Shown here piece by piece: positions 59,838 through 64,000 of a DNA stretch of 64,000 nucleotides. This DNA comes from Rebecca billardiae RCC1528 (lineage: Eukaryota; Protista; Haptophyta): the NCBI GenBank assembly GCA_965240325.2, contig OZ251233.1:1426001-1490000 (forward strand), in the 5' to 3' direction. The position numbers and the translations under genes were made by a program. The notes below the pieces were generated by a model that saw nothing but the letters and a program-made list of their open reading frames with translations, was not told the origin of the DNA and searched no databases. Numbering within the stretch: position 1 is the stretch's first letter; the number at the start of each line of letters is the position of its first letter.

Positions 59838-61047
59838 CTTCCGGCATCATCCGGAGCGAAGCGGGGTCTGCTGAATCAGCAGCCAGCAGCAGTACCAGGT
59901 AGATGAGTACAGTAGGCGCAGCAGTAGGCTGAGTAGTGAGTAGCGCGCCTCCGCGCATCACGCGCTGCCGCCTGAGCCCCTGACGACAGACACGCATCAT
60001 CATCAGCACTGCTTCATTGGACGGACGGACGTATTCGCGTCGTAGATCAGATCATCGTCGTAGTCGTCAATGATGATGATCGACGATGATGACGATGCTA
60101 TATAGCTGCGCGCGCTGATGAGGATAGATATGATGATGACACTGGCGCCACGCGACTGCTGAGTCTGCTGACTATGCGCGAGCTGATGCTACGCGACGAC
60201 GACTACGACGACGAGGCCTCTTCGAGCTCAGCGCGCTCGCCTTGGACGTTAGGTCGCAGAATGTGGTGCGGATCCTCTGCTGTTCGCGTGCACGAACGCG
60301 AGCGCTGCATTGCTCACACGTTGGGACCGCTGCGGCCTAGGCTCACGATGGCGCGAGGGGCGCTGGTGACAAGCGCGTGCGGGTGGCACGTGGTCATCTT
60401 CATCTCTAGCTGAAGCTCGTGCGCACATGCGCACCTGGCGTTGAGCGCAGCAAGCACCATCACCTTCACCTCAGCAGCGGTCGTTAGGGATGCCGCCTCG
60501 AGTTCGCACACCGCCAGCCACAGTCGGCAGATGTCCTCACGCGTGAGCTGCGGCTGCTGCGGTGCCTGAGCAGCATTGGTGCAGGCCGCGGACCGAGGCC
60601 GAGCCACGGCGGCGGCACTTGAGGCGCGGGAGTGCTACGTGACTGTTGTGTCCGAGTAGCGGCGCCGAAGGCGAAGTCCGCCGCGAGTGTAGTCACTCTC
60701 AGGTTGGCTCACTGGCCGCAGCGAAGGCAGCCTCACGCGGCAGCACGACTGTCGTCGACTCTCACGTTCTGTGACTCGACTGCGGTCGGATCACGGCTGT
60801 TCACAGATCAGTGGAGTTACAGTAGTGAGTCGTAGACATTCGATCGTCGTAGCTACGGAGTCTGGCAGGCCGCAGGCGACATCTGTGAGTCGTACTTCAA
60901 TAACTGCTGCGACGGAGAGACCGCGGCGGGCCCCAACTGCGTCGTTGATTCGATCTACGGAAAAGGCCCGCGCGCGCGCGGAACGCGGTCATCATCTCTC
61001 TCGTCTCTCTCTCTCTCTCTCTCTCTCGTATATCTCTCTGCTGCTCC

Positions 61048-62596
61048 AGCGTCCGGACTCCGGTCGGGAGGTGTCACCAAACCGAGCTCAGAATGAGGAG
61101 TGTACCGAGCTAAGCGGATGTACCATGGTACACTTTGGTACATAATTGGTACACGATTGGTACATGTTAGAGATGTACCAAGTGTACCAATAGTGTACCA
61201 ATGGTGTACCAATAGTGTACCAAAGTGTACCAACGCATCCTGACAATGTACCAAATGTCATTGGGTGTACCATGGTACACTTTGGTACCGATCCACATAG
61301 CACGTGTTGGTACATTACCTGATGTACCAACTCCTCCCAAATGTACCAACTCGTCCGAAGAATGTACCAATGTGTCCCAACGATGTACCAAATGTACCAT
61401 ACCATGTGTACCAACCGTCCCCCAATGTACCATCAATGTACCAACTTTTCATGAATGTACCAATATAGTGTACCATCGTCGGCGATTCAGACGGCTGGTA
61501 CACTTTCCTGGGTGTACCTGGTACACCCAGAATCCCTGGTACATCCTCACACAGTTTGTCCACGATGATCCGCAAATGACGATGGGCCTCCCAGCGCGCG
61601 TGTTCTAGCAGCCACGACGCGCACTCGGCGTAGCCAGCGTAAGCAGCACCACCAGGCGCGTACCCATCGAGACGGCGCTTGTAATTGGCAGCAGAGCTGC
61701 AACGCTGCGTGGCGTAGCGGTGCCACAGCTAGCGGGCGGGCGGAAGAAAACGCGAGCAGAGCGTGCGTCATCGTGTGGAAGGGGATCAGCAACCACGCCG
61801 CAGCGATGTTCGTGGCGGTCGAAGACGAGCGCCCCCACGACGAGCATCAGAGCCATGGATGGATGGACGGGCGCACCTTGACCTTCCCGGACGGCTGGTT
61901 CAGTAGATGGTACACTCGTGCCGGAGTTGGTACACTTTTGGTACACCCTGCTGGGCCGAGTTGGTACATTCAGCGGAAATTTGGTACACTTGGTACATTT
62001 TCAGGACGAGTTGGTACACTGTTGGTACACCCTGGACCAAGTTGGTACATTCCGCGGAAATTTGGTACACTTATTGGTACATTTTCAGGACGAGTTGGTA
62101 CATTTTTTGGTACACCCTGGGACAAGTTGGTACACTTTGGGGAGCAGTTGGTACATTATCAGGGAGGAGTTGGTACACTTGGTACACTTTTGTGTGCAAA
62201 CTGGTACTACATGGTTGGTACACGTTGGTACACTCATGAAATGTACCAAAGTGTACCATTTATGTACCAAAGTGTACATGGTACACCCAATGACATTTGG
62301 TACATTGTCAGGATGCGTTGGTACACTTTGGTACACTATTGGTACACTATTGGTACACTATTGGTACACTATTGGTACAGTATTATTGGTACACTTGGTA
62401 CATCTTTACATGTACCAATAGTGTACCAATAGTGTACCAATTATGTACCAAAGTGTACCATGGTACATCCGCTTAGCTCGGTACACTCCGGTTCTGAGCT
62501 CGCGGTTTGGTCGATCTACCCGACTCCGGTCAGCGGAAAACCCTCGGTGTGAGCTCGCACCTCGCAAGGTTTTCCGCTGACCGGAGTCCGGACGCT
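61048..62596. mobile_element. GTAC-rich foldback (inverted-repeat) element with dense subterminal TTGGTACAC/GTGTACCAA motifs
   Basis: Inner TIR GGAGTGTACCGAGCTAAGCGGATGTACCATGGTACACTTTGGTACATAATTGGTACAC from 61097 is mirrored ending at 62489. A degenerate outer IR extends to 61048/62596. GC-rich unique core at ~61560-61900. No clear TSD. Confidence 0.75.
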
Positions 62597-62693
62597 CCGA
62601 GGTCCGTCTCATGTCATACATCGCATCCGACGGGGCTCCGCACTGGCGCTTTCGCCCCCAGTAGTGGTATTTTGTAAGCCCCTTGATGATGAT

Positions 62694-62694
<1 letters not shown>

Positions 62695-62734
<40 letters not shown>
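62695..62734. repeat. (CT)n microsatellite (a second lies at ~60995-61027)
   Basis: Directly visible. Confidence 0.95.
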
Positions 62735-62737
<3 letters not shown>

Positions 62738-62954
62738 CGGATGACGATATCGATGATTCGACGCGCGGTTCAGACGCGCGCACGCGCGCGATATATTCTA
62801 CGACTACGACGACTGCCGCCACTGCTATGCACCTCGATTCTCGAACCGAGACAAAGTAGCCTGCGCTTGCGTCGTCATTCTCGTAGTATCCGAATTGTCT
62901 GTCCCACACGAGCGCGGCTTGCTGCGCCCGGATCCCCCATCGGATCATCAGGTC

Positions 62955-63815
62955 TCAGGTCTGCAGCTGCGCATCGTCGTTCGCAGCCGCCCCGCGCGCG
63001 GCAGCACCGGCTGCCTCGCCGGCTGCTCCAGCCGCTGCATTTGGCGTCGCGGCTGGCTGTCCGGCGTCGCGGCTCGAGAAGGAGCCAATCGGCGGCAGCG
63101 GCGAGGTGGCGGAGGACGAGCGGCCGGTGGTGGGCAGGCTGGGCGGCGGGCCCGGCAGCGCGGACGCGGCCGGCAGTGGCGCCGCCGCGACGGGCTGCGG
63201 CAGCGCCGACGCCGTGCCCTCGCGCGCCACCGGCGGCAGCGCCGCCGGCGGCGCGCGTCGGATGGTCGGGTCGACGGGCGGCAGCGTGGCCGAGCCCCTT
63301 CGGGTGTCTGCGAGCGTGGGCGGCTGCCGCACCGACTCGACCGGCCCGGCCGAGGCCGGCGCGGCCCGGCTTGTGTCGGCGCGCGCGGGCGCGGGCGTCA
63401 CCGCCGCCGCGCCGGGCGGCGGCGGCGCCGGGCGCACGCGCTCGGCAGGCGGCGGCGGCGGCGGCTGCTGCTGGCCGGCGGGCGCGGACGGCGGGCCGTC
63501 CGCCGAATCGTCCCCGGGCGCGACCTGCGTGCGAGAGCTCCTCTTCGGCGAGCGGCTGAATCCCTGCCCAGCGGACGGCCCGGCAGAGCCGTCGCCCGTC
63601 GTCGCGGCGGCGCCGCCGACCCCGGCCTCGTCCTCGTCCGAGACGCGCACCTCTTCGACCACGCGCTTGCGCCGCCACCAGCCGAAGGCGCACAGGGCGG
63701 CGCAGCACAGCAGCGCCGCGATGGTCAGTCCGACGGACAGCCCGACTATGCTGCCCGTGTCCAGGGCCGGCTCGCTCGCCCTGGCGGCCGTCGCGCCGGA
63801 GGGAGCGCTTCCACT

Positions 63816-63848
<33 letters not shown>

Positions 63849-64000
63849 GCCGCCGGAGCTTGACGCGTCGCCGTCCTCGCCGCCGCCCTCGTCCGTGCCG
63901 GCTGTGTCCGCCACCTGCACGGCCGCAAGCGGGACGCCGACGGCGAGCGCGAGCGCGGAGAGCGGCGTGTTGCGCACGATGGCGGCGACGTCGATGTCGA
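62955..64000 (-). CDS. 3' part of a type I single-pass membrane protein (5' end beyond window)
   Basis: The frame is open to the window edge. Acidic Gly/Asp linker, TM helix IVGLSVGLTIAALLCCAALCAFGWW, stop-transfer RRKR, then a Pro/Ala-rich cytoplasmic tail. Confidence 0.8.

Noticed and set aside
60314-60607. 97-aa minus ORF with a plausible helical stretch
   Set aside because: No recognisable motif or supportable gene structure; it may be a fragment but cannot be called.
61097-62489. GTAC arrays as copper-response elements, or WYT/VHL-repeat proteins
   Set aside because: The inverted-repeat symmetry is better explained by a foldback transposon; the ORFs are repeat translations in all frames.

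Overview
This is very GC-rich eukaryotic nuclear DNA. It has short spliceosomal introns with (CG)n-rich ends, some GC-AG introns, and bipartite plastid-targeting presequences. These point to an alga with a secondary plastid; a haptophyte of the Pavlovales/Diacronema type is my inference. The left 24 kb is one stop-free minus-strand ORF that runs off the window and is therefore missing from the ORF track. It encodes >8,000 aa: an N-terminal lamin-tail-like domain, ~2,300 aa of Pro-rich, mostly (SPPP)n sequence, and at least 40 tandem SEA-like modules arranged as 6x ABCD then 4x EFCD. Head-to-head with it lies a fused O-fucosyltransferase-like + GT8-like glycosyltransferase. Further genes: Tic110-like, a coiled-coil/EF-hand protein, a Tat-targeted thylakoid lumen protein, ORC1, an R2R3-MYB, a PQ-loop protein, a TBP-like factor, a triose-phosphate translocator, a hybrid histidine kinase, a small aegerolysin/Cry34-like protein, a dual-specificity phosphatase and the 3' end of a type I membrane protein. 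The TBP-like factor lacks all four TATA-intercalating Phe and is fused to a TFIIA-large-subunit-like N-terminus. Three apparently non-autonomous mobile elements are visible: a 1,070-bp P-like foldback MITE with a 7-bp TSD, a 4.6-kb element with split direct repeats (A...B-A-B, PAT/Ngaro/TOC1-like), and a GTAC-rich foldback element. All homology calls come from motif recognition by eye, not from database searches.
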